From positions 1-36,657 of the forward strand of contig JALAGF010000919.1 of the NCBI GenBank assembly GCA_030167865.1: a stretch of 36,657 nucleotides of DNA, in the 5' to 3' direction. Of the stretch, positions 9,388 to 19,643 are shown in pieces. Source of the DNA: Craspedostauros australis (Eukaryota). Position numbers and translations under genes: made by a program. The first letter of the stretch is position 1; each line of letters begins with the position of its first letter. Under the pieces are notes generated by a model. That model worked only from the letters and a program-made list of their open reading frames with translations, had not been told where the DNA came from and did not search any database.

Positions 9388-12300
9388 TCACTGGAATCCT
9401 GGTGGGAAGAAAAAGAACGGCGTGCTCGTTGGCTGTTGCTTCTGCGTCGGTGCCATCGTTGGGACTGATGTTGGGTTGGGTGTTGGATTCGATGTTGGCG
9501 ACTCGAATTGGCAGCCACCAACGTACTCCTCGTTGATGCCGCACACAACGCCGCAGAATTCACCGTACTCGCAGCATCCCACGAACACCCCATCGCAGAA
9601 ATCGTAGCAATCGCATTCCGATTGTGGTTGGACGGTGTCCAGCAGCGCATCGCACGCTTGCGGGTTGGATTGCACGGCGCACATCTCCATCGGCGGTCTA
9701 TCATCCACGACGCACCCTGCCACGAGCCCCGCGGCGCAGGTGATGCCGCAGAATTCACCGAACTTGCAGCACCCCAGATACGTACCACCGCAGTAGTTGT
9801 AACAATCACATTCCTCGGCAGGTGTTTGCGTTTCGATCAAAGCATCGCAGCTGCCGGTGTTGACAGTCAGCATGCACATATCGAGCGGGGTGGGGGTTGG
9901 GACGCTGGTGTTGTCACCTTCGGGGAGCTTGCATCCTGCCACCAATTCACCCTCGCAGGAGATCGGGCACGGCTCGCCGGCTGGGCAGCAGGGCAACTGC
10001 ACCCCGTTGCAGAATTGGTAGCAGTCGCAGCCTTCTGTCGGCACGGCATTTCCAATGACGGAATCGCAATCATCAAAGGCGACCTGGACGAGGCATTGGG
10101 GCAAGGTTGGCGTCTGAGTGGGCCTCTCCGTGGGTGCCTTGGACGGTGTCTGTGTCGGCGTTTTTGTCATGCCATCGACAGTGCAACCCGCCACGAGATT
10201 TCCCGACGGACAGGCCAGCTGGATTGCTTGGCCAAACGAAGTGCACTGCGCCTGCTGGCCGTCGCAGAATTGGTAGCAATCGCAGCCGTCTTGAGGCGTG
10301 ACCGTGGCAAGCAGCTGTTCGCATTCATCAACGTTCGTCACGAAGAAGCATTGATCGTTGGCAGTGCTGGTTGGGAAGCTCGTATCCGACAACATGGTTG
10401 GTGAATCGGTGACGATTGCTAGACTGGGTGTGGCTGTTGGTGCCGAAGTGGCTTGAGGATCTGTTGGCGATACGGTTGGTGCTGGAGTTGGTGCTGAAGT
10501 ACTCGTGTTCGTTGGCGATCCAGATGGAGATGATGCGTCGGAGAGATTGCTTGGTGCAGCCGTTGTCTCGGGCAACTGAGTTGGGAGTGAAGTAGGCAGT
10601 CCTGTGTCTGATGCATCACTCGGCGATTCCGTTGTTTCGGGCGTGATGGTCGGCGTAGATGTGTCTCCATTTGTGGGCAACACTGAAGGCGAAGATGTTG
10701 GATTCGCGTCGCCTGTTGGAACAAACGTCGGGCTGCTTGTATCGTCAGTTGTTTTCGTTGAAGGCTCCTCCGTCCGGAACACTATGAAACCTGTGGGGCC
10801 CGGTGTTGGATCAGACGTATCTCCGTTTGTGGGTAACATTGATGGTGAAGATGTGGAATCTATCGCATCGGTGGGAACAAGCGTTGGGCTACTCGTGTCG
10901 TCGGTTGCTTTCGTTGAAGGCTCTTCCGTCCGGAACACTATGAAACCTGTGGGGCCCGGTGTTGGGACAGCTGGATCCGTTGGCATCATCGTTGGGGAAT
11001 CTGTCACGATGGGTGTCGTAGGTGTCAATGTTGGTAAATCAGTAACGATTGGATCCGTTGGCATCATTGTTGGGGAATCTGTCACAATGGGTACTGTAGG
11101 CGCCAGTGTGGGTGCATCAGTAACGACTGGATCCGTCGGACTCAGCGTTGGCAACGCAGTCGGCGCTTCCGTTTCAGGAACATCCGTAGGTAACGACGTA
11201 GGCAACGACGTTGGGGACGCCGACGGTTCTTCATCTTCCAACCCTTCCACGGTGAACTCCATGGTCTCCTGCGAGTCTGTGAAATCAAAGATGCGAATGC
11301 CCGTCGACACCAAACTTCCCGTGATGTAGGAGTCCGTGCTGGGAATGTTATTGCCAAAGATGGTGCTGGGACCGGCCTCGCGCCCTCGCACGAAGAGATC
11401 GCCTTCGTTGCCGCGGTTGTCGACATCCTTCTCCAATTCGTACAACCCATCAGCTTGCACCAGCGCGATGCGGTACCGCGAATTTGGATAATCGCCGCTG
11501 CCCGGATAGCCGGACCCGCGATTGTCGGCCTGCGTCAGGTCGATGTGCCAGATCAAGACGCCGCCACTGCCTCCGGGTCCCGCGCCACCGCACACGTTGA
11601 CGTCCCAATCGAGAGGTTGGCGATTTTCAATCAGCAGGTATTCGAATTTCGGAAAGCCGATGCCGTTGCCAAGGATGTAGATGTTGGGTCCGTTCTGCAC
11701 GGCGCCGATGGAGTAGCGGCCGTCCTTGACGATGAACGTCGGCGAGATCCAACCTAGCTCCATCTTGATGTAGGGCGACACGGAACCAGGATTGGCGGCG
11801 TTGATCCGGCATGGACCGTAGGGATTGCCCATAAGACTCCAGCCACCCGTGCCGGCCGTTTGATAGGTGAGATCGTAGAGATCGGGCATGCCGAAGGTGT
11901 GGATGTACTCGTGCACGATGACATTGAATCTCGTGACCTTGAAGCCGCTCGTGCTGCGGTATCCCGAACCGATGGCGTACGTGCCCAGCCGCATGGCGAC
12001 GTTGGGCGCGCCCGATATCCAACGTCCGGCCGAATCGGACGAAGCATGAGACCAGATCTCAAAGCAGTTGAGCGTACGGTCAGCGGCGTAGCCCGTGTGG
12101 ACGACGAGGACGGCATCGATGACGTTGTCGGAGTTGCTGTCAAAGTCATTCCAGTTGAAGGACGAGGTGGGATCGGTGTGGAGGCTGTCGGCCAACTCGA
12201 GCGCCGGCGTGAAGCAGGGTATGAAATCCTGGGAGAGACCGTACACGCAACTGCCGACGCCTGACTGCGAGCACTGCGCCTCGGTCCTGTCGATCTTGAC

Positions 12301-13044
12301 CCATGGCAGGACGAAGGCCTCAAAATCCAATGCGCCGTAGCTCTGCTTGTCCAAGTACTCACGCACGGAGCCTGTCTTGAGAGTGTCCGCGTCCCTGCCT
12401 TCCCCATTGAACAACGAATCGTACACGGATGGATCCAGCTTGGTCCGAGCGCCGTGATCCGCGAATTCGATCAATGCGACGACGATCCTGAGCTTCCCAT
12501 TCGCATCATCAAGCCGCGTGAGTTGTCGCGTTGTGTTGGTGACAGGGTCATGATTCAGCTGACGCTGCCTGCGTCTTCGTTCCTCATTCCTCGAGGCCAC
12601 ATGCTCTCGCATTCTGGACGACAGCATCGTGAAGTGTTCGTCGAGGTGCTGGCATTCCGCCTCATCCATGTGCCTGCAGAGCTCCGGATGGATCGTCCGC
12701 GTGGTGTACGCAAAGTTGATCTCTTTCTTCTGACGGTACTCGTGGACTGGCACAAACACATTCGATTCCATCGATGGCGATGACCCGGATGATGATGATG
12801 ACGATGATGGATCCGCGTTGCCATCATTCGCATTCTCTGGAAAGTAGGAAGGATCAGGCGGCGCCCATGCCATTGCCTGCAGACTCCGCAGACCATGATG
12901 GTCATTCCGGCATCGTTGCTGCATGTTCGATGTCCATTCTAAAACCACGATCAGGGCGATGATCCGCCACACCGAAAGAACCATGCGAGAATACGAGGAT
13001 GATGTGCTATGACGACGCCGCGGGCTTCGATCGACTTGTCCCAT
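9388..13044 (-). CDS. Secreted M6-family (immune inhibitor A-like) zinc metalloprotease with Pro/Thr-rich stalk and four C-terminal Cys-rich repeats
   Basis: HEYIHTFGMPDLYD zinc motif, GGWSLMG Met-turn, GSVREYLDKQSYG, EYLLIENRQ, GGVLIWHID, ALVQADG. Hydrophobic N-segment VWRIIALIVVLEW. First ATG is 13044 (alternative 12984); the ORF-track start at 13122 is non-ATG and reads through a microsatellite. Confidence 0.9.
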   Translation of the reverse strand: MGQVDRSPRRRHSTSSSYSRMVLSVWRIIALIVVLEWTSNMQQRCRNDHHGLRSLQAMAWAPPDPSYFPENANDGNADPSSSSSSSGSSPSMESNVFVPVHEYRQKKEINFAYTTRTIHPELCRHMDEAECQHLDEHFTMLSSRMREHVASRNEERRRRQRQLNHDPVTNTTRQLTRLDDANGKLRIVVALIEFADHGARTKLDPSVYDSLFNGEGRDADTLKTGSVREYLDKQSYGALDFEAFVLPWVKIDRTEAQCSQSGVGSCVYGLSQDFIPCFTPALELADSLHTDPTSSFNWNDFDSNSDNVIDAVLVVHTGYAADRTLNCFEIWSHASSDSAGRWISGAPNVAMRLGTYAIGSGYRSTSGFKVTRFNVIVHEYIHTFGMPDLYDLTYQTAGTGGWSLMGNPYGPCRINAANPGSVSPYIKMELGWISPTFIVKDGRYSIGAVQNGPNIYILGNGIGFPKFEYLLIENRQPLDWDVNVCGGAGPGGSGGVLIWHIDLTQADNRGSGYPGSGDYPNSRYRIALVQADGLYELEKDVDNRGNEGDLFVRGREAGPSTIFGNNIPSTDSYITGSLVSTGIRIFDFTDSQETMEFTVEGLEDEEPSASPTSLPTSLPTDVPETEAPTALPTLSPTDPVVTDAPTLAPTVPIVTDSPTMMPTDPIVTDLPTLTPTTPIVTDSPTMMPTDPAVPTPGPTGFIVFRTEEPSTKATDDTSSPTLVPTDAIDSTSSPSMLPTNGDTSDPTPGPTGFIVFRTEEPSTKTTDDTSSPTFVPTGDANPTSSPSVLPTNGDTSTPTITPETTESPSDASDTGLPTSLPTQLPETTAAPSNLSDASSPSGSPTNTSTSAPTPAPTVSPTDPQATSAPTATPSLAIVTDSPTMLSDTSFPTSTANDQCFFVTNVDECEQLLATVTPQDGCDCYQFCDGQQAQCTSFGQAIQLACPSGNLVAGCTVDGMTKTPTQTPSKAPTERPTQTPTLPQCLVQVAFDDCDSVIGNAVPTEGCDCYQFCNGVQLPCCPAGEPCPISCEGELVAGCKLPEGDNTSVPTPTPLDMCMLTVNTGSCDALIETQTPAEECDCYNYCGGTYLGCCKFGEFCGITCAAGLVAGCVVDDRPPMEMCAVQSNPQACDALLDTVQPQSECDCYDFCDGVFVGCCEYGEFCGVVCGINEEYVGGCQFESPTSNPTPNPTSVPTMAPTQKQQPTSTPFFFFPPGFQ
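10655..11140 (-). repeat. Intragenic tandem duplications in the protease stalk: 156-bp unit x2 and 78-bp unit x2-3
   Basis: gttgaaggctc(c/t)tccgtccggaacactatgaaacctgtggggcccggtgttgg at about 10757 and 10913; ggatccgttggcatcat(c/t)gttggggaatctgtcac at about 10973 and 11051. Confidence 0.85.
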
Positions 13045-13073
13045 TCTCCCACTTGTCGGTGTGCGGTGATGTA

Positions 13074-13112
13074 GTGAGTGAGTGAATGAGTGAGTGAATG
13101 AGTGAGTGAGTG
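13074..13112. repeat. (TGAG/TGAA)n tetranucleotide microsatellite just upstream of the M6 protease start
   Basis: gtgagtgagtgaatgagtgagtgaatgagtgagtgagtg read directly. Confidence 0.85.
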
Positions 13113-13701
13113 CAACAAGCACTCGGTGTCAATTCCAGTGTTGATAACGATGACGATGACGATGGCGGTGATGGCGCGATGTGCGAAGGTTGCCGTCTCC
13201 AAAGAGAGAGAGAGAGGACCTGCAGTCAGATGTCGACGAGAGCGGAACACGATACTCGTGGCCACCAACAAGTCCAGATCGAATCTACGACCGCACACCA
13301 CATAAATGTAGAGTAATCAGACAGCCTTTCTCACGCCACCAAGACGAAGTTGACGATTTCAATCTCGAAGACAGACAAGAGGTGGCACCATTTACCGTGG
13401 CTCGTACATAGTCATACGAGTGCTCTTTGTAGCTCGTGTCCGTACTCGTACTCGCATGTGAGACGAGGCATCAACGAGACACAAGAAGAGAAGAAGAAGG
13501 GAGCGCACTTTTCGTTCCTCTTTCTCGTTTCGGGTGAACTTGTGGAGGGCGATCGGAGAAAATCTGTTGGGAGTAATCCCAAGCCACAGACGTTGTAAAC
13601 GTTATGTCAACGAAGACAAAATTGTCGAACTCAACTCATCACTTTGGATATCCTTTCCAAGGTACTCCAGATGGAAGAAATACTCCTCCAGTCTCTTCTC
13701 T

Positions 13702-13786
13702 GATTTTGGCGCGAAGCGATTTTGGCGAACAACATGTTGATTTGGCGAAACACAAACCAATGCTATCAGCAACTGGATCATTTGAA
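13702..13786 (+). promoter_or_regulatory. Putative E2F site cluster plus CHR-like TTTGAA upstream of MCMBP
   Basis: TTTGGCGC (E2F consensus TTTSSCGC) at 13705-13712; related GATTT(T)GGCGAA copies at 13718-13729 and 13739-13750; TTTGAA at 13781-13786; all 120-200 bp before ATG 13904. Confidence 0.6.
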
Positions 13787-13903
13787 TGGTCGCGTCCCTT
13801 TCTCGTCAGGCGCCGGCTTGATCAGTGAATGGTGTACGAGATATTGTTGGTATTGCCATCGCACTTAAGAGGAACACACTGATAGTCGGAACGCACACAC
13901 GGC

Positions 13904-16315
13904 ATGGTTGCACAGCATCCCAACAATCGGAGCACCTTGACTGCGAAGAGGATCGACCGAAGCAACTGCATTGCAGCAGAAGCAGCAGCAGAAGCAGCAA
14001 CAGGTGGAGGAGCAACATTAAGGAACACACTGACGATGACGGAATGCAACGACATCAAGCGAAAGATCTTGAGAGGCAAGGATCTGCTCACGGGCGAAGA
14101 CATTGTTGACCTGCAATCCACGCGCCATCCGTTCTTCAACCGGCAGGAATTCAACAGGACAGCATCCGCGACTCCCAACTTCGTTCGTTACGTCGGTATG
14201 GTGCAGGACATGCTGGAACCGGAGTACTACGTATCTCGTGTCCACGGTCGTCACACGCACTACATGGACTTCGTCAACACTGCCAGCGACGGTGATGGTG
14301 ATGATGCACAGCCATCGCAGCTCTGCAACGATCTCGAAGAACGAACTCCGCTCATCATTGTGCCGATTCCGCACACCGCACCATGGTTCCGTGATGAGCT
14401 CAATGGTGCGCAGCGATTGTCTCCCCGCAACACAACTGATATTCGTGATGGAAACAATAACAATAACAATGACAATAACAGTGGCAGAAGCAGCAGCAAT
14501 GACAAGAAGCGTCACCGAGACGCCGAAGCTTCCATGGAAGAACATGGTGATGGTAATGCTGATGCTAATGCGACTGCCAACACGAACGAAAGCTCCAATA
14601 CGAGTACAAGTGCCGATGCGCAGCAGTCGGCGAGGAAGAGAGACGCCTCCTGGCAGGGAAGTCCTGGTGAGGATCCCGAAATGTCGGATGGACACCAGCG
14701 CAGTGCAACAGCCTCTGCCAATGGGGAAAGCAACAGCAAGAACGAATGGTGGCCAAGTGGCACACAAAATAGCTGCCCAACTCAGATTCCGATTCTGGCG
14801 AAGATGTACTATTCGGAACAAGCTAGAATCAGCGCAGCGATTGCAATGTCAGCGTCGTCGAGCGATGATCAATCATCTGTGCAACGCAAATTGCGTCTGA
14901 ATGATGTAGTGGAATGTATCGGGATCGTGTCCAACAATCCCTTGGATGTTGACTTCTCCAACCAAACCACAGGACGATTAACAGGCAATGGCGGCGACCA
15001 CGTATCCAACAGCGATCGTGACTATGATGATGCCAATCTTGCCATGTTTGACAACAGCACCGACCTGTTCCTGGAGGATCATATCGTCCTTCCACCACCA
15101 AGTCTTCTGCCACGCATGCACGTCGTATCGTACAGAGTGCTCGATTTGGACGATTCTGATGATGACGCATGGGACAGCACGGACGCAACGACAGAACAGG
15201 ACCAGCAGCAGCAACAACACCAACAACAGCAATGCGTCGAAGGTGAAGGGGCATTGCATACGAGTTCGGTCGCCGAGCCATCTGACCAATTCAATCGGCA
15301 GGACATGATCGAATGTTTGGCAACGGCATTGAATGAATCCAAGGTCACGGCGGAGGCAATTCTGATGACGTTGTTTTCGTTAGCCCAACGCAAGGAGACC
15401 GTCACGCCACTCGCAGACAACGACGACGACAGCCGCGGCATCGCTGAGACAGCAACAGCGAGCAAGCCACTGGCCACTACGTCATGGGAATGCATTACGA
15501 CTCCTTTCTCCACGACTCTGGGATGCGCTTCGTTGAATTTGCAACTTGCATCGCCGTCCACCATCACACAGTGCCAACAGCTCTCACGAAAGCTGCATGA
15601 TGTCCTAGCGCAGGTTGTACCCGTCGTGGCTTTGCTGGATTTGCCGAATTGCACTACCGTGACGAACAATGACCCATCTCGCTTCAACGTTCCCAAGAAG
15701 CTCGATGGGCGCATGCAACCATCCGTTCTGCAATTGCCAAAAGGCTCCACGATCATCATCAACATGGGAGATACCAACTTGGATCACGAATTGGAACGAA
15801 ATCAGGACGGTTGCACGAACCAAGATGCCAAACGACGACACGAACTGCTCCAAGTCATCCGACAGTTGATGAAATCTCATACTGTGCCGTACGTCTTCCA
15901 AGGATCCTTCTACACGTGCGCCTTTGAAGCGGATTATCGCGTTTTGGTTGTATCGACTATCGCAATGCCATGCACGATGCACACTACTTGTAGTGTGAAG
16001 GTGGAGCAACCCAGCATCTCGGTCCAACGCCCATCGCTCGATCTCCGCGCGTACATCGCAAGCGGTCGCCGCCGATGCACGAACGTGGAATACGCCCCTG
16101 CATTGTTGCGGCAAGCGCAAGAGGATTTCATCCAACGACGTCAATCGGCACGGCAGCAGGACAAACCGGGAATCACCGAGACAGACTTTCATCGATGGCT
16201 GACGATCACCAAGTTGCAAGCGCAGAGCCGAGGCAAGGCAACGCCGTTGGTTGTGGCAGATCTGGAGGATTGGAAAGATGCATTGCGGTTGGACGATGCC
16301 ATGCGAAGCACGTAG
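13904..16315 (+). CDS. MCMBP: Mini-chromosome maintenance complex-binding protein (MCM-BP/ETG1) with low-complexity insertions
   Basis: VRYVGMVQDMLEPEYY, LEERTPLIIVPIP, LAKMY, LRLNDVVECIGIVS, PPPSLLPRMH, GRMQPSVLQLPKGS, AQEDFIQRRQ, DFHRWLTITKL match the MCM-BP motif order. Confidence 0.88.
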   Translation: MVAQHPNNRSTLTAKRIDRSNCIAAEAAAEAATGGGATLRNTLTMTECNDIKRKILRGKDLLTGEDIVDLQSTRHPFFNRQEFNRTASATPNFVRYVGMVQDMLEPEYYVSRVHGRHTHYMDFVNTASDGDGDDAQPSQLCNDLEERTPLIIVPIPHTAPWFRDELNGAQRLSPRNTTDIRDGNNNNNNDNNSGRSSSNDKKRHRDAEASMEEHGDGNADANATANTNESSNTSTSADAQQSARKRDASWQGSPGEDPEMSDGHQRSATASANGESNSKNEWWPSGTQNSCPTQIPILAKMYYSEQARISAAIAMSASSSDDQSSVQRKLRLNDVVECIGIVSNNPLDVDFSNQTTGRLTGNGGDHVSNSDRDYDDANLAMFDNSTDLFLEDHIVLPPPSLLPRMHVVSYRVLDLDDSDDDAWDSTDATTEQDQQQQQHQQQQCVEGEGALHTSSVAEPSDQFNRQDMIECLATALNESKVTAEAILMTLFSLAQRKETVTPLADNDDDSRGIAETATASKPLATTSWECITTPFSTTLGCASLNLQLASPSTITQCQQLSRKLHDVLAQVVPVVALLDLPNCTTVTNNDPSRFNVPKKLDGRMQPSVLQLPKGSTIIINMGDTNLDHELERNQDGCTNQDAKRRHELLQVIRQLMKSHTVPYVFQGSFYTCAFEADYRVLVVSTIAMPCTMHTTCSVKVEQPSISVQRPSLDLRAYIASGRRRCTNVEYAPALLRQAQEDFIQRRQSARQQDKPGITETDFHRWLTITKLQAQSRGKATPLVVADLEDWKDALRLDDAMRST

Positions 16316-16496
16316 TGACGCATTGTAGCAGACAGCTGGAGTTTGGCATGCGAAAGATAAGAGCAATCTCTCTAAGAAGCGAAGCACGCATCCTTATCCA
16401 TTGAGAAAGTACTCTTGTCGCACTATGCTATCGTGTACTTGCTAGAGTACGAATGTGCTACTGCTCTCTATGGATTGTTTGTTCTTTTGTTCATCT

Positions 16497-19400
16497 TTAG
16501 TTACGACGACGACGCAACAGTTCCGGACCCAGCGCCATCAGGATGGATGGGATGCGCGCATCCCCGTCCTTGGTGCCCTGCATGGCGCTCTGGCGTTGGC
16601 GGTAGGAATCGCAGCAGGCCATGGTGGTGACCCAGGCGCTGGCCTCGCCGTCTTCGACCTTGGCATTGAGGTCCACGAGGGAGAGGACGTAATCCTCGAC
16701 GCGCATCTTTTTCATGTGATGCGGCGAGGACAGCAGGTTGGGGGCGGAGGCGAAGAGGTAATGGCAGGCCGTCGATGGACGCACGTTCTTGACCCAATTC
16801 TCGCGCAGCATGGATTTGGCAATCGCGTTGGGCTGCTTGTCCTTGTCGTCCAAGGCTGTCCAGAACAGCATTTCGCGCACGGCACGCAGCTCCGAGTACG
16901 GCTTGCCTTCGTCCATCTGATTGAGCGACGTCGTGGATCCGCTCTTTGTCACGAACTGCTCCAGGGCGAGTTCGAAGTCAGCCAGATCCTGCGTGATGTG
17001 CATGCGTGCAGATTCGGCCAGCGGTCGGATGAGCGCGACATTGGAAACGAAGGCGTAGATGGAGAACTTGGCGACAGTCGATGCCACCATGGCACCGAAA
17101 TCGCCAGGGATGTGCGCGATGAGCTGCGATGACATCTGTTCATAGTTGTCCGCTAGATGTCGCTCGACGAAGCTCGGGGTTTCGCCGTCCATGCCGGCCG
17201 GAGCCGTCTGGAGGTAGTTGCCCAGGTGGATGCGCGCGATGGATGTGGCGATGCGTCTGTTCAGCGCCTTGCAGACAGGTGTCAAAACCTGGGACTGTAC
17301 AAAGCGGTCAATCTCCGCCAGCCCTGCCTGCAGCGCCTTTTCGCACATCTCGGCCGCCTCCTCCAATCGCGATGTGATGGCCGGTCGGTACGGTGCGAGG
17401 AAGACCTTCTCGGGGGCGGCGCGCAGCGATTCGGCCATGGTGTTCATGATGGACACGACCTTGACGTCGTGCTTCAGCGCGCTAGTGGCGGATCCATCGG
17501 TCGGGTCGAGGCATCCTTCTTCGCCTGCGTTGCTGGTGGCGTTCTTGGCCTGCTCGCAGAATTGCGACACCATGGCCACGACGATTTCTGCAATCATGGT
17601 GACGGATGACAGATCGCCGCCACCTTCACGCGGATCAGCCAGCGCGAGTTCTTGGCGGATGTTGATGTCGAACTTTTGAATGTCGTAGCGCGAAGGCAGC
17701 AGCGGAAGGCCGGAGAAGGTGTGCCCGTCCTGATCGACCGTGACGTTCTCGGTGAACATGTAGTTGAGCGGAGCGCAGAGCCGTTGGCTGGAGGCGTGCA
17801 GGAATGCCTCTTGGAGCCTGAATAGGCCGCGCTCGTTGGCTTCATCTCCGAGCAAGGTCTTCCATTCGCTGGATTGGAAGACGACCGACAAGGATGAACC
17901 ACTGGCATCGACGACGGGCCCCTGGGATGCTGTTTTGCCTGATGCACCGGCGGCAACCGTCCATGTGTCGGCGCTGGTGGCCCCGAGTCCGGATGACGTG
18001 GTGCTTCCCGCCGTCGTGTTCCATTGCAGGAAAGAGTCGCTCAACGCCGTGGATCCACCGAGAGAACCAACGCTGGGCGCCGAGGCAGCCGCGTCCTCCA
18101 AGTTGAGCGTTCCCAATCCTGCCTGCATCGCCTCGTTCAAGGATGCGAGCATCTTGATGACGGCCGATCTGACGGCGGGGTACAGAGCAGCGACATCGGG
18201 TGCGAACTTCTTGTTGTCGTACTGCAAGATGTGCGCCAGACGGTCTCCGATGGACCAGCTGAGGCGTTCCCAAAAGTAGGCGAAGATGCTGAAGTCTCCA
18301 TTCTTCGGAATGTCGTTGGATTGGAAGTTTTCTGGGATGTCCGCGGCCGCCACGACGTCCACGTAGACCTGGCGGCTGACGGGGTCCGACTTCTTGCACA
18401 GCACTTGGTGCAAGTTCCACACCTGCATGGCGGCCTGGGATATCCCCTGCGCCCATTTGGACGACACGTCCGCTCGCAGCTCACGCAGCTTGTTCTTCAG
18501 GGCGCGCTGCAGGGTTGCCTCGCTGGGCTTCTTGCCAGACGTGACGCCGACGGCGAGCTTGGCCTCCGTGTTGGCTGTTTCCGTGAGATGCGACAGCGTC
18601 GTCGGCGAAAGGAACTCGTGCGACGCCTTCTCACCTGCCAGGAGGGCGTGTTCCACGGCGCTCCAGGTCGCCTGCGGGAGTTCGCCGAGATGGAAGTAGA
18701 CCTGCAACGTCGCTCCCAACTGGATGACGCTGGCGGTCTGCGCAGCTGACTGGGTGTGGTACCGATCCAAGAGGCCGGCCGCGCTTCTGCGCACTGCCGT
18801 GGCGGTCTTCTTGACGTGCGGCCGGATGGACTCGACAATGTCGATCGGCGGGGACGTGTTGAGCTCTGGCTTTTTCAGGAGGTCCTCAATGATGGACACC
18901 GATCCCGCAGCACGCGTGAGGTCGCGCAGATCATCCAAGTAGTATCCCTGCAACTTGGAAGACTCGAACTGAAGCCTCATGATCATTTTGAGAGCCGCCG
19001 AAAGATCCAGCACGCGAGACAGACGCTTCGTTGCCGTGTCCATGCGTCCCATACCCCGTTGCAACGATGCCTCGACCCTCTGCGCCACCCCATCGAGCAC
19101 GTCGCCCTGCCGCTTGAGACGGTCACACTTTTCTCGCAGCACTGACAATGTGTTGGCGCTGGACGAAGCTGATGCCGACGTCGCAGCAGCTGCCGCGGCC
19201 TCCAGGGTGCCCTCTCCGCCCGCGCCCGACGCTGCAGCAGCCGCAGGCTCTTCCTCAACGACGGCGAAGCCGTGCATCTTGAGCAAGGGTCCCGCCACGG
19301 CCTCCGGGCTGGTCCTTGACACCCTCTCCGCCAACGAACCCACCAAGGCCAGCTTGCGCTCCACCTCGCCCAGCGCATTCTCTGCCTGCTGCTGCTGGTC

Positions 19401-19643
19401 TTCGCCCATGCTCTCCTCGTCCAGCAACGCGGCAGCGTACGAAAAGGCATGCTCCTCGGACTTGCCGGAAACGTTGAGGCCGTGCTGCGTGAGCAACGGA
19501 TCCTCCTGCAGCAGCAACGCCAGCGAAGCGGCCGCCTGCGAAGCCGAGCTGTTCACGGTGCTGCCATTGTTCGCCGCGCGCGGTGGTGCGGACGGTTCAT
19601 CGGCAACGCCGACGTCCTCAGTCTGCGTCACCATCGTCACCAT
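16497..19643 (-). CDS. COG5: Conserved oligomeric Golgi complex subunit 5
   Basis: 1048-aa helical ORF with N-terminal coiled coil, LGATLQVYFHLGEL, LIRPLAESARMHITQDLADFELAL, ELRAVREMLF and HYLFASAPNLLSSPH, all resembling COG5. Confidence 0.82.
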   Translation of the reverse strand: MVTMVTQTEDVGVADEPSAPPRAANNGSTVNSSASQAAASLALLLQEDPLLTQHGLNVSGKSEEHAFSYAAALLDEESMGEDQQQQAENALGEVERKLALVGSLAERVSRTSPEAVAGPLLKMHGFAVVEEEPAAAAASGAGGEGTLEAAAAAATSASASSSANTLSVLREKCDRLKRQGDVLDGVAQRVEASLQRGMGRMDTATKRLSRVLDLSAALKMIMRLQFESSKLQGYYLDDLRDLTRAAGSVSIIEDLLKKPELNTSPPIDIVESIRPHVKKTATAVRRSAAGLLDRYHTQSAAQTASVIQLGATLQVYFHLGELPQATWSAVEHALLAGEKASHEFLSPTTLSHLTETANTEAKLAVGVTSGKKPSEATLQRALKNKLRELRADVSSKWAQGISQAAMQVWNLHQVLCKKSDPVSRQVYVDVVAAADIPENFQSNDIPKNGDFSIFAYFWERLSWSIGDRLAHILQYDNKKFAPDVAALYPAVRSAVIKMLASLNEAMQAGLGTLNLEDAAASAPSVGSLGGSTALSDSFLQWNTTAGSTTSSGLGATSADTWTVAAGASGKTASQGPVVDASGSSLSVVFQSSEWKTLLGDEANERGLFRLQEAFLHASSQRLCAPLNYMFTENVTVDQDGHTFSGLPLLPSRYDIQKFDINIRQELALADPREGGGDLSSVTMIAEIVVAMVSQFCEQAKNATSNAGEEGCLDPTDGSATSALKHDVKVVSIMNTMAESLRAAPEKVFLAPYRPAITSRLEEAAEMCEKALQAGLAEIDRFVQSQVLTPVCKALNRRIATSIARIHLGNYLQTAPAGMDGETPSFVERHLADNYEQMSSQLIAHIPGDFGAMVASTVAKFSIYAFVSNVALIRPLAESARMHITQDLADFELALEQFVTKSGSTTSLNQMDEGKPYSELRAVREMLFWTALDDKDKQPNAIAKSMLRENWVKNVRPSTACHYLFASAPNLLSSPHHMKKMRVEDYVLSLVDLNAKVEDGEASAWVTTMACCDSYRQRQSAMQGTKDGDARIPSILMALGPELLRRRRN

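Noticed and set aside
10655..11140. Repeat-spacer-like pattern resembling a CRISPR array
   Set aside because: In-frame intragenic duplications within a eukaryotic CDS; no unique spacers and no cas genes
13563..13590. Hairpin TCTG-TTGGGA-GTAA-TCCCAA-gcca-CAGA with GNRA loop
   Set aside because: A 6+4 bp stem is within chance expectation in 36 kb, with no larger ncRNA fold evident
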